A stretch of DNA of 63,895 nucleotides, the filler included, from Bipalium vagum (lineage: Eukaryota): NCBI GenBank assembly GCA_037834085.1. It is 3 parts of 3 records of this genome, joined end to end, with 100 filler letters (N's around TTAATTAATTAA, not from the genome) between each part and the next. Parts side by side here need not be neighbours in the genome. Positions count along the whole stretch, not along the records: positions 48,027 to 63,895 come from JBBMKC010141113.1; 2 more parts are not named here. One strand, written 5' to 3'. Shown here in pieces: positions 51,541-63,895 of the stretch. The notes under the pieces are model-generated. The model was not told the DNA's origin, did no database searches, and saw only the letters and a list, made by a program, of their open reading frames with translations. Position 1 is the stretch's first letter; the number at the start of each line of letters is the position of its first letter. The position numbers and the translations under genes were made by a program.

Positions 51541-54500
51541 AAAACGAAAGGAATCAATGCATTTTTTTCGTCTTTTCTTTTGCAAGAACACAATGAACTC
51601 AGCAATTCTCAGTTGAGATGAATAGATTGCAAAAATAATAAATAATCAGAAGTGAATCTGATTATTTACGGAAATTTATTTAACGGTAATGTGAAAGAAA
51701 AGAAATCGAAATAAAAATTAAAACGCTCAATTTAAGTTCGCCATTGTCCAGATCAGATCCCTTAAAAATAATAATTCATTACTAAATCGGTCCCTCCTTG
51801 CGGACCCTGATCTAATCTTGGCAATTTTGGTTCGCCATTGTCAAGATTAGATCCTTTTTAGAAATAATTAATTGCCCCTTTTTTTCTTTAGATGTACTTT
51901 ATAATTAATTAATTAATAATTTTTATTATTATTATTTCTGACCCTCTTGCGGTCTTAATAATTAATTGATAATAATCAATTTAAACCCTATTGTGATCTC
52001 TACCATATACTTTAAAATGGTTGGCAAGGATGTGTCATTGGATAACCTAACAAATGTAATACCACAAAATATATTTAACATAAGACTTCAAATTTTTGAA
52101 ACAGTAACATTTATTTATTAAAATTTAAAATTTTTTTACCGAATGACGATTAACTTTAATATACTTGTTTAAGCGAAGTGAGGTGATTTGAGTGACTGAT
52201 TCCATCATAGTTATAAGTAAAACTATCTATATTTTTTCTTCAATGAAAACTATTATTAAAATTAAAGTTTACTGTAATTAAATTCGGTATCAACACCTTA
52301 TTAAAACAATTAAACACTTAATTAACTCGATTAAAACAAAATAAAATATTAAATTTGAATATTTTTATATTACTGAATAAATATTCAACTTGAAATAGTA
52401 AAACAAATTTATATAGAATTTTAAAACTTGTTTGATATAAAATCCTTGTGAGAGTTAAAATGATTTTAATTACTTACAAAATTACCGATTCTGACTCTGA
52501 TTATTGTGATGATGTTCATATAATGACTGCTTTATTATGAAGTATCAACCAGGTACATATATATAAAAATATACTAAGATAAAAAAAATAATACCGTTAG
52601 CCAATCAAGTCCAATCCTTGTATTTATTATTTTTGAAAATGTATAATTTTATCAATCTTTCACAAAAGTTTTATCAGGATAATAAATATCCATAATAACT
52701 ACCACTTGAGAAAATACATCTACACTTGGGACGACTCAAAAATAAGTAGTAATTATTATTATAAGCATTAATATAGAAATTAATTTATATTATTATAAGT
52801 TAATTGGTGTTTTTTATTATTATTATTATTGTGTCGTTGTTGTTATTAATATTAATAAAATTATTAGTGACCCTGTGGTGCTCCTGAGAGGTGCCTTTGG
52901 CAAACCCAATAATTTTCTTTTAAGTATGTCGTGTTAAACAGTCGACATAAAGAAGCACTTGATTTAATGGTGTGCAGTATCCGAAATATATCATGCGGGA
53001 AGAAGACAACTATGGAAATATATTACCTATGAAAATAATTTCAGTCATTGATGTAATGTACATCAGAATAATATTGGCATAATCAAGAACTATAATGAAG
53101 AGTCTAAATTTGGAAGTCAAATTAAGATATTATCCAAGAGAAGTAATCACCTTAGCGGAAACCATACTCAAGTCGTCAAAAAAGAATATTTAATTCGTTT
53201 CAATTTTGAATTCAGTGCTTTTATTATTATTAACTCATTCAGCTGTGTTCAGGGAACCATTAAAATTTTTTATGCATACACCAAAAACTAACCTTTAAAA
53301 TAGCTTTTGAAAATAATTTAATAAATCCTGATCCTCTTTATTGGAATTCTTCGTTCGATGAATTATTATGTTCACTTTTATCACTTGATTTTCTTTTCGT
53401 AGAATTCTTCAAATAGCTTCTTCATCAATCACTTGATGAGACTGATTTTGTGATGTAGGAAATAACTCTGATTTTCTTTTGTGAAGATTAATTATTTACT
53501 GTTTATTAAAAGCTATAGAAACTAACAAGGAAGTGAACAAAATGCTCACTGTTCAGAGATCAATGAGTCCTAGGATCGTCAACTATGACTGTTCGGTTTT
53601 CCTAGAGATGATCGAACTGGACAGTACCCATTGAAAATCATGTTACACAGAAAATCATAATTATGGGGTTCACCCAAAAGCATCTCCCAAGAGAATTTAA
53701 TGAAGGACAGACTGCCAAGGAGGTCAGTTAATAATAATATTAACAACAAAATACTTCTAAAAAATATTAATAATTTAAAAATTCTTTTTATTATTGACAT
53801 TGAATTTCCTGAGTGATGCCTATATTGAGTATTATACTGCCACTCACGAAATTCAAGTTTATTTTTGAGAAATTTTCCCATTTAAGACGCCATTGCTCAG
53901 ATAACGAGCACTTGGCGATTTTCTATAGATGGAGTAAAGAATTACGAAGTTTTGTTCAGAAGAGTTATTAAGATTTAGTAGATTTTTTTTAATTTTTGGA
54001 GAAAGTTGTTATTTGGAAGACGATTTGCCCAGAAGAAAGACGACAAGAAAATTTCAAGATTTTTTCCCTGGTTATTATTTAGGCTAATCATCCAACAATG
54101 TAGAGTTCAGACGTCTTTAGACGAGTCTAACTGACAACCCAGGGGTTGGTTATATCTCACTAATTGGTAAGGTTTTTTGTTTTTCTTGGTGTTTTTTTGA
54201 GATGGATTTACATTTTTAATTATTTTTATCATAACCACTTTGTGATCTGATATTTACATTCTGATTTTTTCATTAATTTATCATTATGGTTTAATAATCA
54301 TAAATAATTATTTGGTGATCTGATCGATTAGTGTCTTTACTTTTAAATTATTGTTTCATGATTTTATTGTTAATTGGGTCATTATTTGTCATTGATCGAA
54401 ATTTATAAATTGATTGTGAATCAGTTGATGAGAGGAATGAAGTTCGGTATTTCGGAACATTTAACGTTGTGCAATAACGTTGTTGATAAAATTTAATTGT

Positions 54501-57500
54501 TGAACTGGTTATTTTTCTTTCATCGAGTACACCAGCCACCAGTAAGAAGAAATATCGCGACGTAAGACTAAAAAATTGGTTACTGGTTGGTAACATAATT
54601 GAAAATTCACTAACTTAAATGAATTGATCGTCTTCTTAATAACACCTCAATTTTCTAAACTCGCAGCGTTAATTGAATTTCGTTGAATCTTTGAAACACA
54701 ATAATGTTACAAATGTAAATAATAATGTGATACCTTATTCGTTGCTGATCAAAGACGTTTAAACAATAAGAATCTAACCATCCAAAACTTAATCAAGCAT
54801 TTCAAAGTAATTATTAAAACTGAATGATATAAGGTGACGACACCATACTTTAACTTTTAATAGTGATCAAATATTTTTACAAATTTATTTGGTTTTATTT
54901 TGATCACGTCTTATCACAACAAAGAACGGGAATCAAGAGAAAGCTAAAGGTGATCAACACACTGTTAGAACTACATATATATTAGATCAAAAATGTAAAT
55001 AAAAGAAACTAGTTTTATGGTATAAAACAGTGATGCTTAAAGTTTTGATTCACTGGTCAATTATGGAAATTAATAAGGAGTCTAAGCCACTTATGGATGT
55101 TGTTTATGTATAAATAGTTAAATTATTTTTAAGAGTAATGAAATGCAATTGTCAAATATGACAACATCAGTACTACGTCAAACAGCCTAACAGAAATGAA
55201 TAAACGACCACAAGTAAATAGAGAGCAGTGAGAACGTGAATGTGAGATGTGACATATTATAGAGAAGCTAGAACAAAATGTTAATATTTAGGTTTACCAA
55301 GTTCATTAAGAAAATTTTAAACATATCTTATGGTTGTGCTCTTTAATGTCTAACACCCATTTGCAAATCATCAACACAAGTTTAAAAAGATGGTCACAAA
55401 GTGTCTCGATAATGTCTAATCGTTATTCCGCAACTATTAGAATTTTTAACTATTATTTATCGCTTATTATTATTATTAGAAGTAGTAGTGGTAGTAAGAC
55501 TTTTATAGTTTTATGATCCTTCAAAATGTTTCTCATTTTCCTTTCAACACTTATTTTTTACCTTTCTCATCTTTTAATCTCATCTTAATCTTCGAGTTTG
55601 TTCAGAAACTATGGAAATGGAAAGGTAATGGGCCCTTGAATCAAGCCCGACCCGTCTGATGGGCAGGCGGCCAATGTCTTTAACTCTTTGGCGGTCATTA
55701 TGGTAGTCGAAAGGTGATTTTTTTTAACTAAATGGGCTATAAAGAAGACTGTTTTAAGATGGCTCAAAAGTGTTACATAACCTCAATTTTGTCTTTCAAA
55801 ATGTTTGATGGCCGTCCTTTTCACCATAGCAATCAATTGGCCATCGAAACTGACGACTGAATGTATCATTTTTGCAGTAATCCAGGCCAAAGCATGTTTT
55901 CCATACACATTACAAATTTACTGAATTGCATCTGTAACATTGTGACCCCAATTAAAATAAAATAGCAATAGGTGACGGAAATTCCATTTTTGATAAAATT
56001 GGAACTGCAAATCAAAGTTATCATATTACATAAAATGACATAAAATACTTTACTATACCCTTGTACAGCTGAAAAAAAAGATCTTTCAAATAAATTTATT
56101 AAATAAATGATACCGTAAAATATTAAAAACACGAAAAATTATACTATAAAGTTCACAATTCGTGACAGATATGACTTCTAAAAGTGGATAAATTTCGAAC
56201 TTCATTAAATGTTTGGGTAAATATATTTAACTGTGGACCTTTTTATTTGAAAAAAGTTGATTCTGGGATCAAATATTTTTAAAATTGAAGTATTTCCGTA
56301 TTACAATGGTTTTAAAAATGAAAAAAAAATTGTTGAGAATAATATTTCGTGTTATAGAGAACTTTTTTGATAAAAATTGATGCTTGGCATTTTTCGATAA
56401 TAAAATATATTATATATCATATTTTACAAAATGAAGATCATTGTTAAGAAAATGTATCAAATGTATTAAAATTATCAAAAAAATGTGAAAAAGTTAATAA
56501 ACATGACCATGTGATAATGAATGTAAATCATTAGAATTAATACAACCTAAACACTGGAGAGATAGCGATATTGAAGCTTCTCAAAAAAATAATATCAGTA
56601 CCACTATTATTTGCAAAAGATTGATATGTAAAATCATCATTAATGAGATAGAAAATGTAAAGTCAAATTTTATTTGTAACAAGATGCAGTGGATCTTACA
56701 ATTATTTCAATTTGTAAAGATATTTTATTTAATAAAGCTACAATAATGCCTCACAACTCGTAACCTGACCATACACTCTTGTATAATAAGTTTTCCAAAA
56801 AACCAAAAAACTGTCTTAATGATAATAGTTCCAAGTATTTATTATTCCAACCATTTCTAGAATTTTCTTAATATAAATAAATGTTAAATTATTAAAATCT
56901 ATAAAGGTGGATCTTAATTTTTATAAGTAAACTAATATGATCCTATTCAAAAGTAAATTTGATCTTATACTCGGATATTCCATTAAAATGCAGTATTCCT
57001 TTGGTTTTAATTAACATAAAAATAAAAAATATAAAGAGCCAACATAAAACCAATAGTCACATTAAGATCAATTAAACGCTGATCAAAGTTTATTCATATC
57101 AGCCACCAAGCTTTTACATAAGTCAATGTTATCATTTTTTATCTAGACATATTAAAAGCATTAGTATAAGAACAAATGTAAATGTGAAATGCTCTTCAAA
57201 ATTTTCTGTAACTTCTCTAGGGTTTTGTTATAACTCAAATGATTGATGTGAAAATCTGTCAATTATTGTTTGAGCATATATGATGGATCAGTAAATCTAA
57301 AATAAATAATTATTTTTATAATTATATATATTCAACTTGTTATTTGTCGTCTTTCCGTCAATATTAATTTGACGTTTTCAGTGGTTCTTGGAGAAAGTTA
57401 ATTGTAAAACAAGAGAAAATTAAGTAAGCCAGACGTCAATTTTATTTCTAATATTAAATTTACAAGTTGGCAAGAAAAAAACAGATAATAATAGTAATAA

Positions 57501-57591
57501 TAATATAGAAATAAAAAAAAACTATTTACATAAAATCTCTACAAGAAGGCAACGAAATGCCACAATTGTACGGTTACTTGAAAATGATAAA

Positions 57592-57948
57592 TTAACTGAG
57601 AAATTTGAAATCTCTCAGACAGAACGTACAAACTGGTCTGACACTTTTGAAATCTAAAAAATATTATCAATAATTATTGATTAATAACATATTTCGCAAT
57701 CTACCTTTTTCTAAATTATCGTCGGATATGCCTCTCAAGCATGGCTGATCAACAGAGCATGAACCGGTAATCAACAGTGTATGCAAATGGCTGATATAGC
57801 TAGCTGCTAGGCGCAAAGTTTCAATTTTTGATAGTTTTCGATTAATTGGTTCTGTGGGAATAATTTCCCGTAACGCTAAAAATGCATCGTTCACACTAGC
57901 AGTACGAGATCTCTCTCTTTCCTTTGCCGAACGCTTATTAATTCCCAT
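57592..57948 (-). CDS. tcf15: Paraxis/Scleraxis (TCF15/SCX) family bHLH transcription factor, ~101 aa. Exons 57948-57705 and 57653-57592
   Basis: [48 protein letters not shown]. After a 51-nt phase-1 intron comes RPVCTFCL, the paraxis/scleraxis CTFCL motif. Confidence 0.88.
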
Positions 57949-60779
57949 TCGAAAATTAGCTTGTAAAAAGTGTGATATTTTGATATAAATTTATTTAAAA
58001 TAAGCAAAACTTTTCTGACCAATAGAAATAAACTGAAAATGTACACTTCGTTTTCATTGGCTGTTTTAATTGAATTTTCCTAAAATTTCATGTTTTACCT
58101 AATTGACATTTTTTACATTGACCAATATTTACAATCAAATGATGATTTACAACCATTTGTTGTGTTGATCGATTTTTTGGTGATGTTCCATGAATTTTTT
58201 CTTTTGGAAGGAGTCATGACATGAATCGTGAAACTAATCTTTTCATGGAGTTTTGAGTCTGTTTTTAATATCAAAATATGCTAGGAAACCTCTGAACTTA
58301 ACCGAAATTTCTTTCATCTTTTAACATGGGTTGTCATTGTCTAACACTTTGATGTATTTTGTATATGTATACAATAGTCGAAGACTAATATTTTCCAGTT
58401 CTACGACTACATATTATGATTTGATTTTTGATAACTAAGTTATGAAATTAAATATAAAAAATGATTATTTAATGTAATTGATTTTCCATATTAATTTTAA
58501 TTTTAGAAAAATTAATGATAGTTTAGACCAGTTAGATCTTTTTAACTACAGGTAAGACAGTTAAGACTTTTTAAACTATTTTTTATTTATGTTAAATTTA
58601 ACTTTAAAATTCTTTATAATTGTTTATATAGCTATATTATATATTTCAGTTGATAAAAATTAATTTACAGTTCCAAGAAAGCATATATAAATTCAATAAT
58701 TACCTTCAGGTCGAAGAAAATTTTTTTTTCACTTTAGCAATAAAAATACATAAATCAATGTAGAACGACGTTCAAAGTCACTGGCTTAAAATTCATCATG
58801 CGTGAAAAAGAGGAAACTGATAAAGTTTTCATATTTCATAGATCTCAGAAAATGTTTTTTTATGAAAAATCTATACATATTTTTGTATCATATTTTAAAA
58901 CCATTCAAGTTTTTTCAACACTTATCATTGCTTAAACCCTAAATATTTCTTTTGTTCTACCAATGTTCTTCACGGACTTGAGAATCATCCAATAAAATCT
59001 TAATATGAATCCGGGACGACGTCAGAAACCAAAGCCTAAAGCCAATAGTGATCAATAATTTCACATTAAAAATTAATTTTTTTCTGAAAAGTTCCAAGCT
59101 AAAAAATATTTGTCTGATTTATCAAGTTATTTGCATCATAGGAAAATTTTATTTTTGTATCTCCTAGAAAATATTTTTCCAAATTTATTATATTTTGTTT
59201 TTCAGAGATTATACAAATACCAATATAAATAAAACTGAAAAAAAATGCGGATATTTTATTTTCCGTTCAACAGTTCACTTGATTATTTACAGCTGAATTT
59301 AATGTGCAAAATGAGAATATTTTATTTATTTATTTTATATCTTATCACAGAAAAGAATAATTATTATCTGTTATGCTTACTTTGGACGGTACCGTTCAAT
59401 ATAATATAAAAAGATATTCTTATTTTCAGATTTTCATTAAATAATAAAAGTTTAACTTGGAAAATTTTAATCACATAATAATGAAAAGTTAATTTTAAAT
59501 TTATTTTGTGAAATATTTTAGTGTTACTTTTAATTTACATTTCATTATATATTTTGAAAATATATTATAATTAATCCTTGAAGTAGGTTAATATAGACAG
59601 AAAAAGCTTAGGGAAATGTGAGGATTGCTAATTCATAATGACATTAGCAAATATTCTCCAGTGTGAAAAGAAAACCATCCATAAAATTAATTGATAAAAC
59701 TCCCATTCGGTTTCTCATAAAAACCCACCATAAAATCAAGATCATTTGATTTAATAATTCCAAAATATTAATAAGTAATTAAACGATGGACATCGTAATT
59801 TCCAAATTGGTTTTCTATAAAATCCATCGGTTCCAGAACCATTCCTGTTTGCAAACATCATTGATTGCAATTTTATTATTATTATTATTTATATTTTTCA
59901 TAAAACGTGTGACAAATAAATCATTAATAGTGCGTCTGTCTCTACCATTAAAAATGTCTGTTCCAGATGAAACCTGTTTATTCTTTGAACATTGACCTGG
60001 CCACTCTTCAGTTGCAACCGGTTCGTACATGTGTTGATTCAATCACAATGTCAAAGATAAGAAGCTGCAATTTCAATTAATAATATTATTATTATATTAT
60101 TATTTCATTCATTCCTGAATCGTTAATTCTTATAAACAACTGTCATTTAATCTTATCATTTTTTTAGTAAACAAAAGGTAATAAATTCTCCTTCAATAAA
60201 ACAATGTGATGGTCAAATGAAAAAAGACAAGAAAAATCTGATCAACTGTGACTTTTTTTCGTCTCTTGTTTTTCCAGAAATTTGTTTTATCAGAAAAAAA
60301 TGCCTTCTGTTTGACATTTCTATTCAATAAATGTTTTTCTTAAATTTAATTTTCAACTTGGTTCTGTTAAAAGAATTAAAATCGTTTTCCCACTGATAAT
60401 TATCAATGGGAATTTTTCCGTGTGTGATTGGCATGGTATAAAAATTTATTCCAATTGTAACTTTTTCCTTTTTTGTATAACTAGGGAGAAATTTGGGGAG
60501 ATTTACATTTTTTTATTAATTTTATTTCGATAGGTAAATAAAACATGATACATTTTATAAATATATTATTTTTTTAAAAAAAATTATCAATTGAAAATTA
60601 AGAAAAGAATTTAAAGAATCCAAATTGAAAAATTTCTCTTAAATTTCAATAAAGATTTTCTGCAAATCTTTGATCTGTATTTTGAAAGATTTCAGTACCA
60701 TTTTTTGATAATATTAAATGTGTGCGTTGAAAGTGATCCTTTCTTAACAGAGCAATATCTTTATTTATAAACAAAATAG

Positions 60780-61090
60780 AATTAATCAAAGTAATAAATA
60801 TCGTAAACAATGATTAAAGCCCATCTTCCAGGAAGCTGTTGATTTCCGCGGCGACAAAATCCTTATCCCTGTTGGTTGCCTAGTGTGTGACCCATTTTTC
60901 AATCTTTTCAAAGTATTTTAATTTCTGCTGGACAATTGAATCATCCATCGACTGAAACAAATGACAGTCTGTATGCGCACAGTCAAGTGAGTAAACCGCA
61001 TGGGTAGAACTTCCAATCAAAGGATCGCTAATTTTGCCGAGCACTGTTTGCACAAATGGCCATTATTTAGTGCGTATTCCGCCTTTAAAA
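60780..61090 (-). mobile_element. Mariner C-terminal remnant
   Basis: Minus strand VLPHAVYSLDCAHTDCHLFQSM..KYFEKIEKWV..QQLPGRW (decayed PHPPYSPDLAPSDYHLF). Confidence 0.75.
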
Positions 61091-61399
61091 GTATGTATGA
61101 AATAATAAAAAAAAAGTAAGAACAAATTGTTGTTAAGATAAGAAGTGTTTACTGAATTATTTTGAACAATATTCAAACATAAAACGAATTACAATATTCA
61201 AACTACATAACCAAGTTACTCGTTTTTATTAATAGTTATTTTTAAGAAGACTCACTTTCAGTTAAAGTTAAGCTTTTTCTTTTACCTCGTTTTACTATTT
61301 TGTTATGGTTCTTGATGTTGGATTTCTCAAAGGCGTGAAACCCGTTATGATAGTATTTATGAGTTGAATATTAATATTAATTAAACTTTTAGAATTTCG

Positions 61400-61719
61400 A
61401 AAAATTACTAAAAGTAATATATCGAAATCTCGTCGTCGAGATTTTGATATATTGAGTTAATAAAAGGCTAAGTAAAGAACTATAACCTGTCATCGGGGTA
61501 ATAAATTATTTTTGTTTCTAACTTTATTTCGGCGTGGAGGTCAAGTTAGAATTAATTAGCTATTGAAGGAAATAGCCGTCTCAAAGCGTAGGGATTGGTG
61601 ATCGTAGACCAATCTATACGACTATATAAAAAGACGGTTATTCCCAGAAAGCCGCCCAGAAAAATAATTAATGTAAAAATTAGAAGGGTTGTTTTATATT
61701 CTTGTGAAGTGTTGAGTTG

Positions 61720-61759
<40 letters not shown>

Positions 61760-62780
61760 AAACATTAATTAATAATGTGAAAAATTATTTTTAAATGGAT
61801 AAATCGAAATAATAATAATAACAATGGGAGTAATGATAATAATGAATATTAATTAATTATTAAATGGATACACCGAAATCTCGGCGTCGAGGCTTTGATG
61901 TGTTAGGTTTATTTTGTAAAGGGAAAATTAATAATTGATAGGGAAATAGTACTCCGTCGTTGGAGTTACTAAATTCATGTCTCGGCGTGGAGACAGAAAT
62001 AGCGATTAGCGGCAATTGATGGAAATAGCGGTGCCGAAGTGTAGAGATTGGTGATCGTAGACCAATTTTAAGTGAATATGACTTTGCAGGAGGATTCTAC
62101 AAGGGGACCCAGCGAGCTTGGGAACCCCTGGATGACCTGATAAGGAACAAGAGGGCGACCTGGAGACCCCTTGTCGCTTTTGGTGAAACCGATCATTATT
62201 TTTGTTTGTGTTTATTTCTAGTATTACTCTTTATGAATTTCTCTCTTGGTGATTATCTTTTTCTTTCCTCTCATTAATAATAGTATATTCATTTTATTAT
62301 TATTTATTGACGGATATATTTTGGGAACTTATTCTGGTGATTGTGATTGTGATTTTGTTCAATAAAGTTTTACTGAAAAGTTTTGATTCAGTTTCTTAGG
62401 GTGTGGATATGATATTATAGTAGGTGTTTTGCTTCGATGCGGTTAAGAGGAGTTACGGACAAAACGATTTATAAAAAGTGAGGAGTCAAGAGCACAGGAG
62501 AACATGTTACTACGGCTAAGTATAATAGTAACAGAAGTAAAAGACTTTATTCGAAGAAGATTTTTACCAAGAAAACTTTATTCGATATTTTTGTAAAGAG
62601 GATTTTTGCTACGAAGAAGATTTTTCAAAGAAATTCAGATTTCAATAATGATTTTTAGTTTACTAATATTCCAAAGGAGTTCGCAATGGGCCCAGCGATC
62701 TTGGGAATCCTTAGGTGACATGAGAAGGACCTAAAGGACGACCCGGGGATCCATTTTCGCTCCGGGTGAGAATATTTTCG
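61400..62780 (+). repeat. Tandem or nested diverged copies of an interspersed hairpin-rich, LTR-like repeat
   Basis: cgaaatctcg(t/g)cgtcgag at ~61423 and ~61873. attggtgatcgtagaccaat at ~61595 and ~62047. GC-rich gg(g/a)cccagcga..ggtga modules at ~62090-62190 and ~62675-62775. An inverted copy lies at 23570-23990. Confidence 0.8.
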
Positions 62781-63895
62781 ATTTTTGTTTTTTGTGATTC
62801 TTCTTTAATTTTTTGTTTTAATCATCATATATTTCATTTAACTAATATTGTATTGATGTCGAATTTTGCTTTTAATTATATATTATTTAATTTGACGATT
62901 TTCTTGCGTTGATTTGTGCAGATATTGAATCAATTTTGTTATAGTGACTTTTTTAGGTGTTTGATTCTTTGGTGTATCGATTGGAATTTTGTTGTGATTT
63001 GTCTGACGATCGAAATTTTTAATAAAGTGTTACTCTGATTGCTTTGATTCAATTGGAGTACGAAAAAGGTTTTACTTGGGAACTTTTCATTCAAATTGAA
63101 TTTAAATTTGTGCAGCAACAATAGTAAAACGAACACAGCATTGAATATTGAGGAATTATTGATTTGCGAACGAAGGTTGCTTGTTTCAGTTTAGGGTATA
63201 ATAGTAACATTGAATATGAGGATTGCGTTTGAATTATCTTCAAAATTCTTTAAAAAGCTTTTATAACTCTTTAAACTTCCTTTAATTACTATAAACAGTC
63301 CTTATTATAATTAATAAACTATTTTCCAAAAATAAATTATCTTTTAATCTCTTATTAAAAAGTACTTATTTCTGGTTAATTTTTAAGTGGAATTTTCTCT
63401 TATTATTTGAACTATTATTATTATTCGAACCATTTCTAGTGGTTCGCTTAATTAACCATACTCAGGTTATGTCTTCGGTAAACTCAACAATATTATATTA
63501 TTTATTATTTACAATTTAATACAATTTAACATTATAAGTATAATGTAACCTGAAAATTCATAAATACATAACAATTATTTTAAAATTAATATATACAGGG
63601 TGTTTATTATGTATGTTAACATACTTTCACTTTAAATATTTTAAAAAACAATAAAGATATAAGTTAGTTAATACTTCTTATTTTAAATAACATATTTAAA
63701 AACAAATACAATATGTAATTATATAATTCGACGCCCGTTATAATCTAGGCAATGGCTTAATCGAGACAGTAAATTTAGACATGCTCGCTGGCACATTCCA
63801 GTATCTACTTCATTACAAATGTTAGATAATAATTTAAAGTATTTGTTTATATGAATGATTTTTGAGAAATAAACAGTTTTTAAAAAGTAGTTAGT

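Noticed and set aside
55640-55700. GC-rich patch with CTGATGG considered as a hammerhead ribozyme
   Set aside because: It lacks the CUGAnGA...GAAA core with properly paired stems.

Overview
AT-rich, intron-containing animal genomic DNA. The short GT-AG introns, (AAT)n tracts and abundant Tc1/mariner debris are consistent with a triclad flatworm-like genome, but this is not provable from the window. I assembled spliced gene models by hand. (1) RNF113A/Cwc24 on +, 2 exons. (2) SKIV2L/Ski2 helicase on -, 16 exons, ~1185 aa. (3) Head-to-head with SKIV2L, a 9-exon + strand gene of ~1451 aa with all eight splice junctions phase-compatible. Its N-terminal ~800 aa look like a highly diverged Integrator subunit 5 (INTS5). 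Its C-terminal part is a CDK12/13-type kinase with a degenerate catalytic loop (HRDIIPSN) plus an unknown helical tail. (4) A terminal NHL-repeat exon. (5) An uncharacterised multipass membrane protein gene. (6) A minimal TCF15/scleraxis bHLH gene. The rest is decayed transposons (mariner, maT DD37D, Tc1/IS630-like, hAT-like, Penelope, Gypsy), a hairpin-rich interspersed repeat family and three assembly gaps. The best candidate for a new system is the putative INTS5-CDK12/13-like fusion, which joins a scaffold of the Integrator-PP2A phosphatase arm to a possibly inactive Pol II CTD kinase domain. The INTS5 assignment rests on by-eye motif alignment from memory and needs HMM or structure confirmation.
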